The notes under the pieces are model-generated. The model saw nothing but the letters and a program-made list of their open reading frames with translations, searched no databases and was not told the DNA's origin. A stretch of DNA of 61,597 nt, filler included. It is 8 parts of 8 records of this genome, joined end to end, with 100 filler letters (N's around TTAATTAATTAA, not from the genome) between each part and the next. Parts side by side here need not be neighbours in the genome. Positions count along the whole stretch, not along the records: positions 1 to 18,300 come from DRR723986_25666; positions 18,401 to 23,517 come from DRR723986_25682; 6 more parts are not named here. One strand, 5' to 3'. Position 1 is the first letter of the stretch. Each line of letters begins with the position of its first letter. Below are positions 10,713 through 21,150 of this stretch, piece after piece. The position numbers were made by a program, and so were the translations under genes.

Positions 10713-12446
10713 CTAGGATTTTATAAATTTTCTAACTTTAAAACCTTGCTCAAAATAAACTTTAACAAAATAAAACCCCGTCGATAATTCTTTCAAATTT
10801 AATTCTACTTTCTCAATGTTTTGAGTTGAAGATTTCAAGAATTCACCTAAAGAATTATAAATTTCAATTCTTTGTATTACGTTCGGTGAATTTAGTGTTA
10901 TAACATCCTTTACAGGGTTAGGATAAATTTTAATATCTTTTTCAGATGCAAAATCGTTTATTGATAACGTACTGGCTTCGACAATATTTAAATTTTGATT
11001 CACAGGAACATCATAAAGCGTATCTTCAACTCCACTAAGCCATTTAACTTTTACATAATCTACGATTACCGCAGTACCTACACCAAAAATTTCTTTAAAA
11101 GAGTTTTGTGCTATGTAACCTTCACCGCACATTACATATCGGTATTGCTTATTTCCATCAATTGAAATTTCAATAAGCGAACCTACTCCATCTTTATTAC
11201 TTTGCGTTCCTTCTAAAGTAATTGATAAATAATTATTATTGGTTATAGTTTGGTTATTCCATATAAATGGAGGTTCATCGTTACTGTTAAGTACTATGAC
11301 ATCTGATTTGCCATCATTATTAAGATCACCTGTAGCATTTGAGTAGCTCATCTTGGTGTCATTTAAAAACCCTACAGAACTTGGCTCTGTAAATGTCTCA
11401 TTTCCCTGGTTTTCATAAAATGCTGCAGATGCATACCCATTAAAACTACCATCATAAGAACTACTGACATACAAATCCAAATCTCCATCATTCTCAGTAT
11501 CAAAAAATGTTGAACCCCAAGCAAAACTCTCAAATAGTGTCCCAGCACTTACTGAAATATTTGTAAATGTTTCATCACCATTATTTTTGAGTAATACATT
11601 GCCCTGACTTGGAGTACTTATTTCATCTGGTGTATTAGTAACATAAATATCTAAATAACCATCTGAATTAAAATCATCGACAGTTACAGACATTGCATCA
11701 ACTATAATATCCGTTCCAGAGGAATTACTCACATCTGTAAAGGTACCATCACCTTTATTTTTGTAGAGATAATTTGGGAAGAATTTGTCATTTGCAACAT
11801 AAATATCTTGCCAACCATCATTATTAAAATCTAAGAATCCTGAACAGAATGTTAGTGCTGGTGTATTACTCAATCCTATAAGATCAGTGGCATTTGTAAA
11901 GGTACCGTCACAATTACTCCTATATAAATAATTTGTAATTATTGTTGAACCAGCAATTCTATTAGAAATATAAACATCTAAACAGCCGTCATTGTTAACA
12001 TCTCCCCAAGACGCTCCGTAGGTGTTAATATTTACAAATGGTAAACCGGAAGCGACCGTTACATCAATAAAACCTGTGTCTGTTTTTTGAAACAACCTAT
12101 TACCAGAAACATTACTAGTTACGTACAAATCCTTATCGCCATCATTATCATAATCAACCCAATTAACAGCCTTTGTCTGATATGTTATAGCTGGTGAAAT
12201 CAATATTTCTTCTATAAATATACCTTGCAAATTCTTATAAAATCTTAGTGGCACACCATCACCAGACGTAAGTGTTATGTCATCATAACCATCATTATCA
12301 TAATCTACAAAGCTTAATCCATTACCTAAACTGACTGAGCCACAATGCTCTGTAAAACCGATATTGGCGGCTTCATCCGCAAAATTAATCTGAGCCTGGA
12401 TATGAAAAGAAAATAAAAGTAAGACTGTAAATAATAAGCCTTTCAT
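10713..12446 (-). CDS. Second FG-GAP/ASPIC-UnbV (CRTAC1-like) protein with T9SS CTD
   Basis: Same architecture as 6605-8323. Start moved to MKGLLF (signal peptide) at 12446. Confidence 0.88.
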   Translation of the reverse strand: MKGLLFTVLLLFSFHIQAQINFADEAANIGFTEHCGSVSLGNGLSFVDYDNDGYDDITLTSGDGVPLRFYKNLQGIFIEEILISPAITYQTKAVNWVDYDNDGDKDLYVTSNVSGNRLFQKTDTGFIDVTVASGLPFVNINTYGASWGDVNNDGCLDVYISNRIAGSTIITNYLYRSNCDGTFTNATDLIGLSNTPALTFCSGFLDFNNDGWQDIYVANDKFFPNYLYKNKGDGTFTDVSNSSGTDIIVDAMSVTVDDFNSDGYLDIYVTNTPDEISTPSQGNVLLKNNGDETFTNISVSAGTLFESFAWGSTFFDTENDGDLDLYVSSSYDGSFNGYASAAFYENQGNETFTEPSSVGFLNDTKMSYSNATGDLNNDGKSDVIVLNSNDEPPFIWNNQTITNNNYLSITLEGTQSNKDGVGSLIEISIDGNKQYRYVMCGEGYIAQNSFKEIFGVGTAVIVDYVKVKWLSGVEDTLYDVPVNQNLNIVEASTLSINDFASEKDIKIYPNPVKDVITLNSPNVIQRIEIYNSLGEFLKSSTQNIEKVELNLKELSTGFYFVKVYFEQGFKVRKFIKS

Positions 12447-12474
12447 TGAAAATGAATTTAGACACAATATATAA

Positions 12475-12506
12475 AAAAAGCTATTAAATTTCTTTAATAG
12501 CTTTTT
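12475..12506 (-). terminator. Intrinsic terminator after fabI
   Basis: AAAAAGCTATTAAA-TTTC-TTTAATAGCTTTTT. Confidence 0.75.
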
Positions 12507-12528
12507 GTATTCTTTAGAGCGCAAATAA

Positions 12529-13344
12529 TTATTGATTATCTACAAAAGTATCCATTACTGCATCACTTACACCCATGTTACTAAATCCTCCATCATTATA
12601 TAAATTTTGTAATGTAACACGCTTAGTCAAATCACTAAATAATGACACTGTGTAGTTTGCACAATCTAATGCCGTTGCGTTACCCAGAGGTGACATTTTT
12701 TCTGCATAAGCAATAAATCCATCAAACCCTTTAACTCCGCTTCCTGCCGTTGTTGGTGTAGGTGATTGAGAAATAGTATTTACTCGTACATTTTTATCTC
12801 TACCGAAGAAATATCCAAAACTACGAGCTATACTTTCTAAATAGGCTTTATTATCAGCCATATCATTATAATCTGGAAAAACACGTTGTGCAGCCATATA
12901 AGTTAATGCAACTATACTTCCCCATTCATTCATGGCATCTGCTTTATAAAGTGTTTGCATAACTTTATGGAAACTCATTGCTGATACATCTGTACCTTTT
13001 TGTGTCCAAGCATAATTTTGGTCGGTGTAATGCTTTCCTTTTCTTACATTTATTGACATACCTATAGAGTGTAGAACAAAGTCTATTTTCCCTCCTAAAA
13101 TCTCCATAGACTGCTCAACAAGATTTTTTAAATCTTCTTCTGATGTTGCATCAGCAGGTATAATTTGAGATCCTGTTTTTTCTGCAAGCTCATTAATCTG
13201 TCCCATTCTCATGGCTACAGGAGCATTAGTGAGTACAAAAGTACCACCCTCTTCATGTACTCTTTCTGCAGTTTTCCATGCTATAGAGTTTTCGTCTAAT
13301 GCACCAAATATGATTCCTTTTTTTCCTTTTAGTAAGTTATACAT
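12529..13344 (-). CDS. fabI: Enoyl-ACP reductase
   Basis: GKKGIIFGALDENSIAW and YNDMADNKAYLE (Y-x6-K) motifs. Confidence 0.92.
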   Translation of the reverse strand: MYNLLKGKKGIIFGALDENSIAWKTAERVHEEGGTFVLTNAPVAMRMGQINELAEKTGSQIIPADATSEEDLKNLVEQSMEILGGKIDFVLHSIGMSINVRKGKHYTDQNYAWTQKGTDVSAMSFHKVMQTLYKADAMNEWGSIVALTYMAAQRVFPDYNDMADNKAYLESIARSFGYFFGRDKNVRVNTISQSPTPTTAGSGVKGFDGFIAYAEKMSPLGNATALDCANYTVSLFSDLTKRVTLQNLYNDGGFSNMGVSDAVMDTFVDNQ

Positions 13345-13393
13345 AGTATAAATCTTTAATTAGTCAGTTGTTGTTTATATTGTAAATATAGTA

Positions 13394-15046
13394 TTAATTC
13401 AATAATTGTTTAGCGTGTTCGAGAGCAGACTTGGTAACATTTAGACCACCAAGCATTTGTGCAATTTCTACTATTCGTTCATCTTCGTTTAATCGCTTTA
13501 ATTGCGTATGTGTAACTTCATCAACATCCGTTTTATATACTTTAAAATGCGAATTCCCTTTGGCTGCAATCTGTGGTAAATGCGTAATTGTAAATACCTG
13601 CATACGCTTACTCATCTGCTGCATAATTTCACCTATTTTTTTGGAAATTTCGCCAGAAACTCCGGTATCTATTTCGTCAAACATTATTGATGGTAATTGA
13701 ATGTAATCCGCTAAAATTGATTTTATAGCAAGCATTATTCTAGACAATTCACCACCGGAAGCTGATTTTTTAAGTTCATTAAACGTAGACCCTTTATTTG
13801 CCATAAATAGAAACTGAAGATTGTCTTTTCCATTATTTAAAAACTCATCTGTTGTATTTAGTTCTATTTTAAATTTTGCATTAGGCATTCCTAAATCTGT
13901 TAAAATCGATTCTAACTTAGAAATTAACTCTGTAATAATGGCCGTTCTGTTAACATGAATATCCTCTGCAATCTTGTTTAATACAGCTCTTTGATCGCTT
14001 AAATCATCTTGCAGCTTTTCAATAGTTTCGTCTAAGCTATTTGTATTATCAATTTTTACAGAAAGTGCATCCCTTATCTCTATTAAATCATTAATAGTCA
14101 TAACCGAATGTTTCTGTAATAAATTATTTATTGATTGAAGTTTTCCTGATACAACCTGTAATTCTAAAGGATCTGCAGATAAACTATTTTCAAGATTATC
14201 TATTTCTATGAGAATATCATCTAATTCAATACTTATGCTGGTCAATCTCTCACTTAGTGATTCATAAGAACTACCAAAATTAGAAATACGATTAATCTCA
14301 TGCTTTGCATTATTTATCTGATCAATTACACCTAAATTTTCTGTTGAAAGTATAGATCTAGCATTACTCAGTTTTTCTGCTATAGTTTCAACATTATTTA
14401 GTTCTTCAAATTTTTCTTCTAATTCTTCTAATTCTAACTTATCAAGATCAATACTTTCAAATTCTTTTAATAAGAATACATTGTAATCATATTCCTTTAT
14501 CAACTCAGCCTTAGAAATTTTAATATCCTCAAGCTTTTGTAAGGTAGATTTATAATGTATTAATTGTGTAGAATATGATTCTAATCTTTTCTTATTATTG
14601 GCTAAGGCATCTATAACCTGAAACTGAAAATCATCCTCCACAAGTTGTCTTGTCTGATGTTGTGAATGAATATCAATTAAAAATTTACTTAACTGAGATA
14701 GACTATCTAAAGTTGCTGGTGTATCGTTTATAAAAGCTCTTGACTTACCAGAAGGCAGTATTTCGCGCCTAACAATGGTATGTGCATCATAATCAAGGTC
14801 TAATGATTTAAAAAGTGACTTTAAATTGTAATTAGCAACATCAAAAACGGCTTCAATAATACACTTTTCTTCTAGGTTTTTTACCTGACTTAAATCTGCT
14901 CGTTTACCTAAAACTAAAGACAAACCGCCAAGTAAGATAGACTTACCTGCACCTGTCTCTCCAGTAATTATAGTTAAACCATTATTAAACTGAACATTTA
15001 GCTCATCAATAAGCGCGTAATTTTTTATGTATAATGATTTTAGCAC
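13394..15046 (-). CDS. recN: DNA repair protein RecN
   Basis: ITGETGAGKS Walker A, SGGELSR signature, FDEIDTG and ITHLPQIAA. Confidence 0.97.
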   Translation of the reverse strand: MLKSLYIKNYALIDELNVQFNNGLTIITGETGAGKSILLGGLSLVLGKRADLSQVKNLEEKCIIEAVFDVANYNLKSLFKSLDLDYDAHTIVRREILPSGKSRAFINDTPATLDSLSQLSKFLIDIHSQHQTRQLVEDDFQFQVIDALANNKKRLESYSTQLIHYKSTLQKLEDIKISKAELIKEYDYNVFLLKEFESIDLDKLELEELEEKFEELNNVETIAEKLSNARSILSTENLGVIDQINNAKHEINRISNFGSSYESLSERLTSISIELDDILIEIDNLENSLSADPLELQVVSGKLQSINNLLQKHSVMTINDLIEIRDALSVKIDNTNSLDETIEKLQDDLSDQRAVLNKIAEDIHVNRTAIITELISKLESILTDLGMPNAKFKIELNTTDEFLNNGKDNLQFLFMANKGSTFNELKKSASGGELSRIMLAIKSILADYIQLPSIMFDEIDTGVSGEISKKIGEIMQQMSKRMQVFTITHLPQIAAKGNSHFKVYKTDVDEVTHTQLKRLNEDERIVEIAQMLGGLNVTKSALEHAKQLLN

Positions 15047-15111
15047 AATTAATTTTTACACTTACAAAATTAAGTGTTTACAATATGAAATTAAGAACTA
15101 TGAGAGAAAAA

Positions 15112-15999
15112 TTAAAACTTAATTTTTCGCCATTTCTGAGAATGCATTGGTGCAATTCTATTCAAAATATCAACGGCTTCGGTAATATTAACACTAGGAC
15201 CACCGGAAAGAATGTCTAAAATTTCGTCTGATTTTGCATCAAAGAAGACACGCATTAAAAAAGAATTTGGTCGTCTTTTATGAATTTTATTCAGATCTGT
15301 AAATACGGAGGTAATTTTTGCCTTAGCTTTTCTTGCGTTTTCCTGCATTAAATCTAAACCACCAATATGATAATTATACATAGAAGATCGTATCTCCTTA
15401 AATGTAGGTGACATTAAATTATCAATAAGGGCAAACCTAGACTGTAAACCATCTTCAAGTTTCCAACCTTGTCCATTTAATTGTTGCGAATAGTTAGCAA
15501 TAGTTTGTGCTTGTTTAAAGTACTCGTTACCACCATTTAATGCAAATGTATCTGCATCCATACCCAATATCATGTAAACATGAAATGCAAGCACTGAAAT
15601 TAAATTTGACTCGAATTGAATTGGATTATAAACTAAATTTTGAAACTCAATGTACTTAAAATTAAAATCTTTGTCATTATAGTTATAAACCGGAGAGCTA
15701 TAAGTAGAATTAAATATTGGTCTAGAAGAAGATACTTGTAACGATGTGGAGAACGAGTCGTTACTATACTGTTTTACATTAATGACCATGCTACAATCAA
15801 TGCGTTCTTGCTGCTCAAAATCCTTTTCGGTCCATTTGGTATTATTGATAAACTCGTTAAGTTGGCGTTCTAAATTTTTAAAAATAACATTATTGTCATT
15901 TCCTGTTTGTTGTGCTATAACACTAACGGTACAGTTTAATTCTTGTGAAAATGTAACCGATGTAAACAAGCAAACTATAAAGACTAATATATTACGCAT
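15112..15999 (-). CDS. DUF4835 family protein (T9SS-associated, PorD-like)
   Basis: QELNCTVSV, FINNTKWT and FFDAKSDEI motifs; sits between coaBC and recN. Confidence 0.7.
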   Translation of the reverse strand: MRNILVFIVCLFTSVTFSQELNCTVSVIAQQTGNDNNVIFKNLERQLNEFINNTKWTEKDFEQQERIDCSMVINVKQYSNDSFSTSLQVSSSRPIFNSTYSSPVYNYNDKDFNFKYIEFQNLVYNPIQFESNLISVLAFHVYMILGMDADTFALNGGNEYFKQAQTIANYSQQLNGQGWKLEDGLQSRFALIDNLMSPTFKEIRSSMYNYHIGGLDLMQENARKAKAKITSVFTDLNKIHKRRPNSFLMRVFFDAKSDEILDILSGGPSVNITEAVDILNRIAPMHSQKWRKIKF

Positions 16000-17203
16000 T
16001 TAATTGTTTTAAAATTTGTTGCATTAAATCTTTCGCGACTTGTGCCTTAGACTTAAGCTTATGTTCAATAATCTCGTTAGAGGATGTTATAAATGTAACT
16101 TTATTTGTTGATACTCCAAAACCAGCACCTTTGTCTTGTAGGGAATTTAAAACAATTAAATCTAAATTCTTTGACTTAAGTTTTCCTTTGGCGTGCTCAA
16201 GTTCGTTGTTGGTTTCCAAGGCAAAGCCTACTAAAAATTGGCTTCCTTTAGCCTCACCCAAAGACTTTAAAATATCCTTTGTTTTCTCTAACTCAATTGT
16301 AAACGTAGAATCTTGCTTTTTTATTTTCTGGTCTGCAATAGATTTTGGTCTATAATCTGCTACAGCTGCAGAAAGTATTGCAATTTGAGATGATTTATAA
16401 TGCTTATGTACCTCATTGTACATTTCTTCTGCACTTACAACAGGCTTAACATGTATATAACTGTGATTTGTTTTTTGATGTGTTGGTCCTGTCACAAGAA
16501 TTACATTTGCACCCAGATTAGCAGCTGCATTAGCAATTTCAAATCCCATTTTACCGCTAGAATGATTACCTATAAACCTTACTGGATCCAAAGCTTCGTA
16601 AGTTGGACCAGCCGTAATTAAAATTTGTTTTCCTTTTAACGGTAATTGATCTAAGATATCCTTTTCTATGAAGTTAACTATATCTTCTGGTTCTGCCATC
16701 CTTCCTTCGCCAACTAAACCACTTGCTAACTCACCTGTACCTGCGGGTATCATTTTATTACCATAAGACGATAACTTTTCAAAAGAAGTTTTGGTAGACG
16801 CATGTTTATACATATCTAAATCCATGGTAGGCGCAAAATAAACTGAACATTTTGCTGATAAATAAGTTGCTAAAAGAATATTATCACAAACACCATTAGC
16901 CATTTTAGCCATTGTATTTGCTGTTGCAGGTGCAATAACAAAAAGATCAGCCCATAAACCTAATTCTACATGATTGTTCCACACACTATTGTCATCCTCC
17001 TCATCTACAAATGAAGAATAAACAGGGTTTTTTGAAAGTGTTGAAAGGGTAAGTGGAGTTATGAAATCTTTAGAAGCAGGCGTCATAACAACTTTAATGT
17101 TTGCGCCTGCTTTTATGAATAATCTTACTAAACTAGCAGATTTATACGCGGCAATACCAGCAGTAATGCCTAATAAAATGTTTTTGTCTTTTAGAATAGA
17201 CAT
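15992..17203 (-). CDS. coaBC: Phosphopantothenoylcysteine decarboxylase / phosphopantothenate-cysteine ligase
   Basis: GIAAYK, APATAN, ITAGPT..DPVRFIGNHSSGKMG and VGFALET motifs. Confidence 0.97.
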   Translation of the reverse strand: MSILKDKNILLGITAGIAAYKSASLVRLFIKAGANIKVVMTPASKDFITPLTLSTLSKNPVYSSFVDEEDDNSVWNNHVELGLWADLFVIAPATANTMAKMANGVCDNILLATYLSAKCSVYFAPTMDLDMYKHASTKTSFEKLSSYGNKMIPAGTGELASGLVGEGRMAEPEDIVNFIEKDILDQLPLKGKQILITAGPTYEALDPVRFIGNHSSGKMGFEIANAAANLGANVILVTGPTHQKTNHSYIHVKPVVSAEEMYNEVHKHYKSSQIAILSAAVADYRPKSIADQKIKKQDSTFTIELEKTKDILKSLGEAKGSQFLVGFALETNNELEHAKGKLKSKNLDLIVLNSLQDKGAGFGVSTNKVTFITSSNEIIEHKLKSKAQVAKDLMQQILKQLNA

Positions 17204-17209
17204 GAAAAT

Positions 17210-17536
17210 TTATTCCTGAGTGTCCTCAGTATTTCTGTGATATATTTTATCATCTAACCACTCTTTAACTGCTAAAGCATGTGGCTTTGGTAATTTTTCA
17301 TAAAACTTAGAAACTTCAATCTGTTCTTTGTTTTCAAAAATTTCTTCTAAACTGTCATTGTAAGTTGCAAACTCTTCCAGTTTGTCAATTAACTCACGTC
17401 TTATGTCAGTATTAATTTGTTCTGCACGCTTAGAAATTACAGAAATAGCTTCATAAATATTATTCGTTGAAGCATCAATTTCATTTCTGTTGTAAGTAAC
17501 CGTTGTTACTGGCGCATCTGTCTTCTTTAAATCCAT
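17210..17536 (-). CDS. rpoZ: RNA polymerase omega subunit (Bacteroidota type)
   Basis: NIYEAISVISKRAEQI and ENKEQIEVSKFYEKLPKP; bamD-rpoZ-coaBC order. Confidence 0.85.
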   Translation of the reverse strand: MDLKKTDAPVTTVTYNRNEIDASTNNIYEAISVISKRAEQINTDIRRELIDKLEEFATYNDSLEEIFENKEQIEVSKFYEKLPKPHALAVKEWLDDKIYHRNTEDTQE

Positions 17537-17547
17537 TGTTATAATGA

Positions 17548-18300
17548 TTAACTTTTTGTCGTAAATGTACTTAATTCTTGTTCTAACTGTTCTTTCATTC
17601 TATTAGCGTCTTCCATTTTATCTGTATTTGGAAACGCTTTCTGAAATGATTTATAATAACTTAATGCATCTTTTAAACGTTGTTCTTTTAAGTAATCTAC
17701 ACTTAAAATAGCAAGATAAAATGCCGAGTCGTAGCGATAATACATCGCATCAGATCTAAGACTAGTTCCTGGAAACTCTAAAAGAAAGTTATTGAACGAT
17801 TTTATAGCTGCTTTATAGTCTTTAATTTTATTGTATTGATAGGCTATTTCATAAGCCTTCTTTTCTAGTTTAAAATCTAATTCCTTCACTAAGGCGTTAG
17901 CTTCACTTAAATATTGTGATTGCGGATAAGCATTAACAAACAGCTGTAGCTTTTCAATTGCCTCAACAGTTTCTTTTTGTTCTTTGGAATAAATAGGTGA
18001 ATTATAATAATAGCCCTTAGCTGCTAAAAAAGCTGCTTCTTCCGCCTTCTCACTATCTGGGTAAACATCCGTAAATTTATCGAAGTGAAAACTCGAATAG
18101 TAGTAATCACCCATTTTGTATTCACTCATAGCATGCATAAAAGTTAACTTCTCTGCTTGAGGTTTACCACGATAATTCTGCAGAATTTGCTCAAATAGTC
18201 TATGGGCTTTATTGTACTTTTCAGCTTCAAATAACTCTGTACCCATTTTAAACTTTTCAGCAATATCTTCAGACCTTAAGGTCTTTTGAAAATCACTACA
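17548..18300 (-). CDS. bamD: Outer membrane assembly lipoprotein BamD (5' truncated at the contig end)
   Basis: TPR-like protein with YRGKPQAEK and SPIYSKEQ. The frame stays open to the contig edge and begins CSDFQKTLRS (lipoprotein Cys). Confidence 0.88.
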   Translation of the reverse strand, partial: CSDFQKTLRSEDIAEKFKMGTELFEAEKYNKAHRLFEQILQNYRGKPQAEKLTFMHAMSEYKMGDYYYSSFHFDKFTDVYPDSEKAEEAAFLAAKGYYYNSPIYSKEQKETVEAIEKLQLFVNAYPQSQYLSEANALVKELDFKLEKKAYEIAYQYNKIKDYKAAIKSFNNFLLEFPGTSLRSDAMYYRYDSAFYLAILSVDYLKEQRLKDALSYYKSFQKAFPNTDKMEDANRMKEQLEQELSTFTTKS

Positions 18301-18400
18301 NNNNNNNNNNNNNNNNNNNNNNNNNNNNNNNNNNNNNNNNNNNNTTAATTAATTAANNNNNNNNNNNNNNNNNNNNNNNNNNNNNNNNNNNNNNNNNNNN
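18301..18400. other. Artificial contig linker 1
   Basis: N run containing TTAATTAATTAA; abrupt GC change across it. Confidence 0.99.
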
Positions 18401-18401
18401 G

Positions 18402-18460
18402 GTTCTAGAGTTATGAACCGATGCCCGCAACCCCTTTTTTCGGGAAATATGCATTTTTTG
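18402..18460 (-). promoter_or_regulatory. rRNA-operon-like sigma70 promoter firing into the gap
   Basis: Minus strand TTGCGG-17 nt-TAGAAC preceded by A-tracts. Confidence 0.55.
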
Positions 18461-18737
18461 TAACGCCCCCTGTTTTTTGTATAAAAACAGAGGTTTGCTT
18501 GCTTTTTATGTCCGATATCCGGCCCGTTGAGCAGCATTATTGCTCTTACCATAGGGCAACTGGGCGGGTGTGGCACAACATCTCGTATAGCGCCATTGCT
18601 GTGCAGGCCCATTGAGCCGGAGACTCGCCCGGAAAAGTCCGGTGAATCGGTTCAATTTTGCGATTCACATGTGAATCGGGTCCGAACTCAGGGAATCGCA
18701 GATGGTTGGGTGCCCCGATCCTGGCAGCGAGTCGCCT

Positions 18738-19346
18738 TTAACCGGCTTTGCGGGGTTTGATCCGCAAGGCCAGCAGCAAGAGGATCACCGCCATATAGAT
18801 CAGCGGCTCCAGTTGGATGCCTTTGACCAGCCAGATAAAGTGTACGGCGCCCAGTACCACGGCCAGATAGGTCAGCTTGTGCAGCTTGCGCCAGTTCGAG
18901 CCCATCTTGCGGACCGACCAGTTGTTTGACGTCATCGCCAAAGGGACCAGACACAGAAACCCCGCCATACCGATCGTAATGTAGGGGCGCTTCCAAATAT
19001 CGGCCCACATCTGCCCCCACAGCAGGCTCATATCCAGAACCACCCAGACCGCGAGGTGCAAGGTGACATAGATAAAGGCCAAGAGCCCGAAGGCCCGGCG
19101 GAACTTGATCAGGTTGATGCCCAGATGGCGGCGCAGCGGCGTGATGGCCAAGCCAACGATCAGCAGCTTTAGCGCAAACTCACCAAGCGCATGTTCCAGC
19201 CCCTTGATCGGCTCACGGCCCAGCCCGCCGGTTTGCGCCAGATAGACAAGCCAAGGCACCCAGAGCAGACATAGTATATAGAGTGCCCATGTCGGGATCT
19301 TGCGGGCGGCTGCATTTATACCTTGCTGGATACTATTCACTGTCAT
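18738..19346 (-). CDS. msrQ: Methionine sulfoxide reductase heme-binding subunit
   Basis: RRAFGLLAF.Y..LH, KRPYITIG and WRKLHKLTY motifs of the YedZ family. Confidence 0.93.
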   Translation of the reverse strand: MTVNSIQQGINAAARKIPTWALYILCLLWVPWLVYLAQTGGLGREPIKGLEHALGEFALKLLIVGLAITPLRRHLGINLIKFRRAFGLLAFIYVTLHLAVWVVLDMSLLWGQMWADIWKRPYITIGMAGFLCLVPLAMTSNNWSVRKMGSNWRKLHKLTYLAVVLGAVHFIWLVKGIQLEPLIYMAVILLLLALRIKPRKAG

Positions 19347-19442
19347 TCTCTCTTTGGACAAACCTGCGCCCCATTTTCACCACATTAAATTCCGATGAAA
19401 GAGTGCTGCCAGAATGCAGCGTGTAACAGCGGACCCCGGACG

Positions 19443-20102
19443 ATGACGCATGATCAGGCAATGATTTATACTGTTGTGGGCGTAATTGTCGGGCTGACTG
19501 TGACCGGCTCCATCGCCAAATGGCGTCACGACAAGGCGGGGCCACCGGTGTTTGCACCCGGTGAGACAGCAGACCTATCCGCCGAATTGCCCGAAATTGA
19601 AGGCACAGAGCAGCAACCAGTGGGGCGGACAGAGTTACGCCCGGCATGGGGTATCCGTGTCATTGTGCCTTTTGTTGCGCTGGTTTTGTTGTTCACCGTG
19701 GACACGACACCTTTCTGGAATGCCCTGACCATCAGCAATCAATTGATCAAGAACGCAGCCTTTGCCCTCGTGGGTGTTTTGCTGGCGTATAACTGGTTTA
19801 TGGTGCTGTTTGTGCAGCGCGTCACCTACGATGCCAAAAAGATCGAAAGCTGCGGCAGTGATTTTGTGCCGCAGTCGCGAGACCTTACAAGTCTGATCAG
19901 CATCCGCGATCATGGAAAACGTCCGGTCCTTGTTCTGGCCTTCGTCGATCAAAAGCCGCTTTATGTTCCCAAATACATCGCACAGCGGGGCCGGTTCATG
20001 GCCGATATGGAACGGATCGTCCGGGCAAACCGGTTGATGCCCACACAGACCAGGTTGCGCCCGGATCTGGAGTTTGATCTGGATCTCGCCCAGAGCGCTT
20101 AA
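19443..20102 (+). CDS. Hypothetical membrane protein
   Basis: Three hydrophobic segments and a C-terminal soluble domain; fills the space between msrQ and msrP; start uncertain (19395 or 19443). Confidence 0.6.
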   Translation: MTHDQAMIYTVVGVIVGLTVTGSIAKWRHDKAGPPVFAPGETADLSAELPEIEGTEQQPVGRTELRPAWGIRVIVPFVALVLLFTVDTTPFWNALTISNQLIKNAAFALVGVLLAYNWFMVLFVQRVTYDAKKIESCGSDFVPQSRDLTSLISIRDHGKRPVLVLAFVDQKPLYVPKYIAQRGRFMADMERIVRANRLMPTQTRLRPDLEFDLDLAQSA

Positions 20103-21004
20103 AAGTTCTTTTTCATATCCATTCCAGCATAGAGCGCGGCAACGTCCTCTTCGTAGCCGTTCAGCATCAGCGTCGGTTTGCGTTTGGCAAACAATCCACC
20201 GCCGATGGGCCGTTCGCTGGCCTGTGACCAACGTGGATGATCCACTTGGGGATTCACATTGCTGTAAAAGCCATATTCACGTGCGTTGGCTTTGTTCCAG
20301 CTGGTTGCAGGTTGTTTGTCCGTCAGGGTGATGCGCACCACAGATTTGATCGACTTGAAGCCATACTTCCATGGCACCACAAGGCGCAGGGGGGCACCGT
20401 TCTGGTTCGGGATGTCCTTGCCGTAAATACCTGTCGCCATGATGGTCAGCGGATGCATCGCCTCATCCAGACGCAGACCTTCGACATAGGGCCAATCCAG
20501 CACGGGAAACCGAACACCGGGCATTTCATCGGGGCGCAGTGCGGTCTGAAAGGCGACGTATTTCGCATCCGACTGAACGCCCGCCATGGCCAGCAAATCG
20601 GCCAGTTCGAATCCGTTCCAAGGGATCACCATCGACCACGCCTCAACACAGCGGAAGCGATAGATGCGTTCCTCGATGGTCATGGCCTTGAGGATATCCT
20701 CAAAGGCGTAATCGCCCGGCTTGTCCACCAATCCGTCGATTTTGACCGACCATGGCGCGGTTGTCAGCGTATGGGCATTGCGGGCCGGATCACCCTTGCC
20801 GGTGCCGAACTCGTAATAATTGTTGTATTGGGTGATGTCGTCATAGCTGTTTGGTTCAAGGGTTTCGCTGGCGGCGGCGGGCATGCCCAACCCGGCCAAC
20901 CCGACACCAGCCGCAGCCCCGGCCATCCATTGCCGCCGGTTCAGAAACACCGATTCCGGTGTGCAATCGCGGTCTTTCAGGGTGTTGGTCCAGCGCTGCG
21001 CCAT
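20099..21004 (-). CDS. msrP: Methionine sulfoxide reductase catalytic molybdopterin subunit
   Basis: Tat motif [21 protein letters not shown] and [19 protein letters not shown]. Confidence 0.97.
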   Translation of the reverse strand: MAQRWTNTLKDRDCTPESVFLNRRQWMAGAAAGVGLAGLGMPAAASETLEPNSYDDITQYNNYYEFGTGKGDPARNAHTLTTAPWSVKIDGLVDKPGDYAFEDILKAMTIEERIYRFRCVEAWSMVIPWNGFELADLLAMAGVQSDAKYVAFQTALRPDEMPGVRFPVLDWPYVEGLRLDEAMHPLTIMATGIYGKDIPNQNGAPLRLVVPWKYGFKSIKSVVRITLTDKQPATSWNKANAREYGFYSNVNPQVDHPRWSQASERPIGGGLFAKRKPTLMLNGYEEDVAALYAGMDMKKNF

Positions 21005-21150
21005 GACATGCTCCTTTATCTATCTACATCGGAGGTAGTGCCCGCGCCGGTTTCAGCCAATTGAAATACGCCTGTATTTCAGAGATCACACCGGATTGTC
21101 AGAGAGCGTGTGAGGCAACTTTGCCCGCACGTGCCGCCTTGAAGGACAGG

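Noticed and set aside
6605-12446. Recurring DNA motifs in the FG-GAP genes as a CRISPR-like or DGR-like repeat array
   Set aside because: They are degenerate codon-level echoes of protein repeats. There is no repeat-spacer periodicity and no cas or reverse transcriptase gene.
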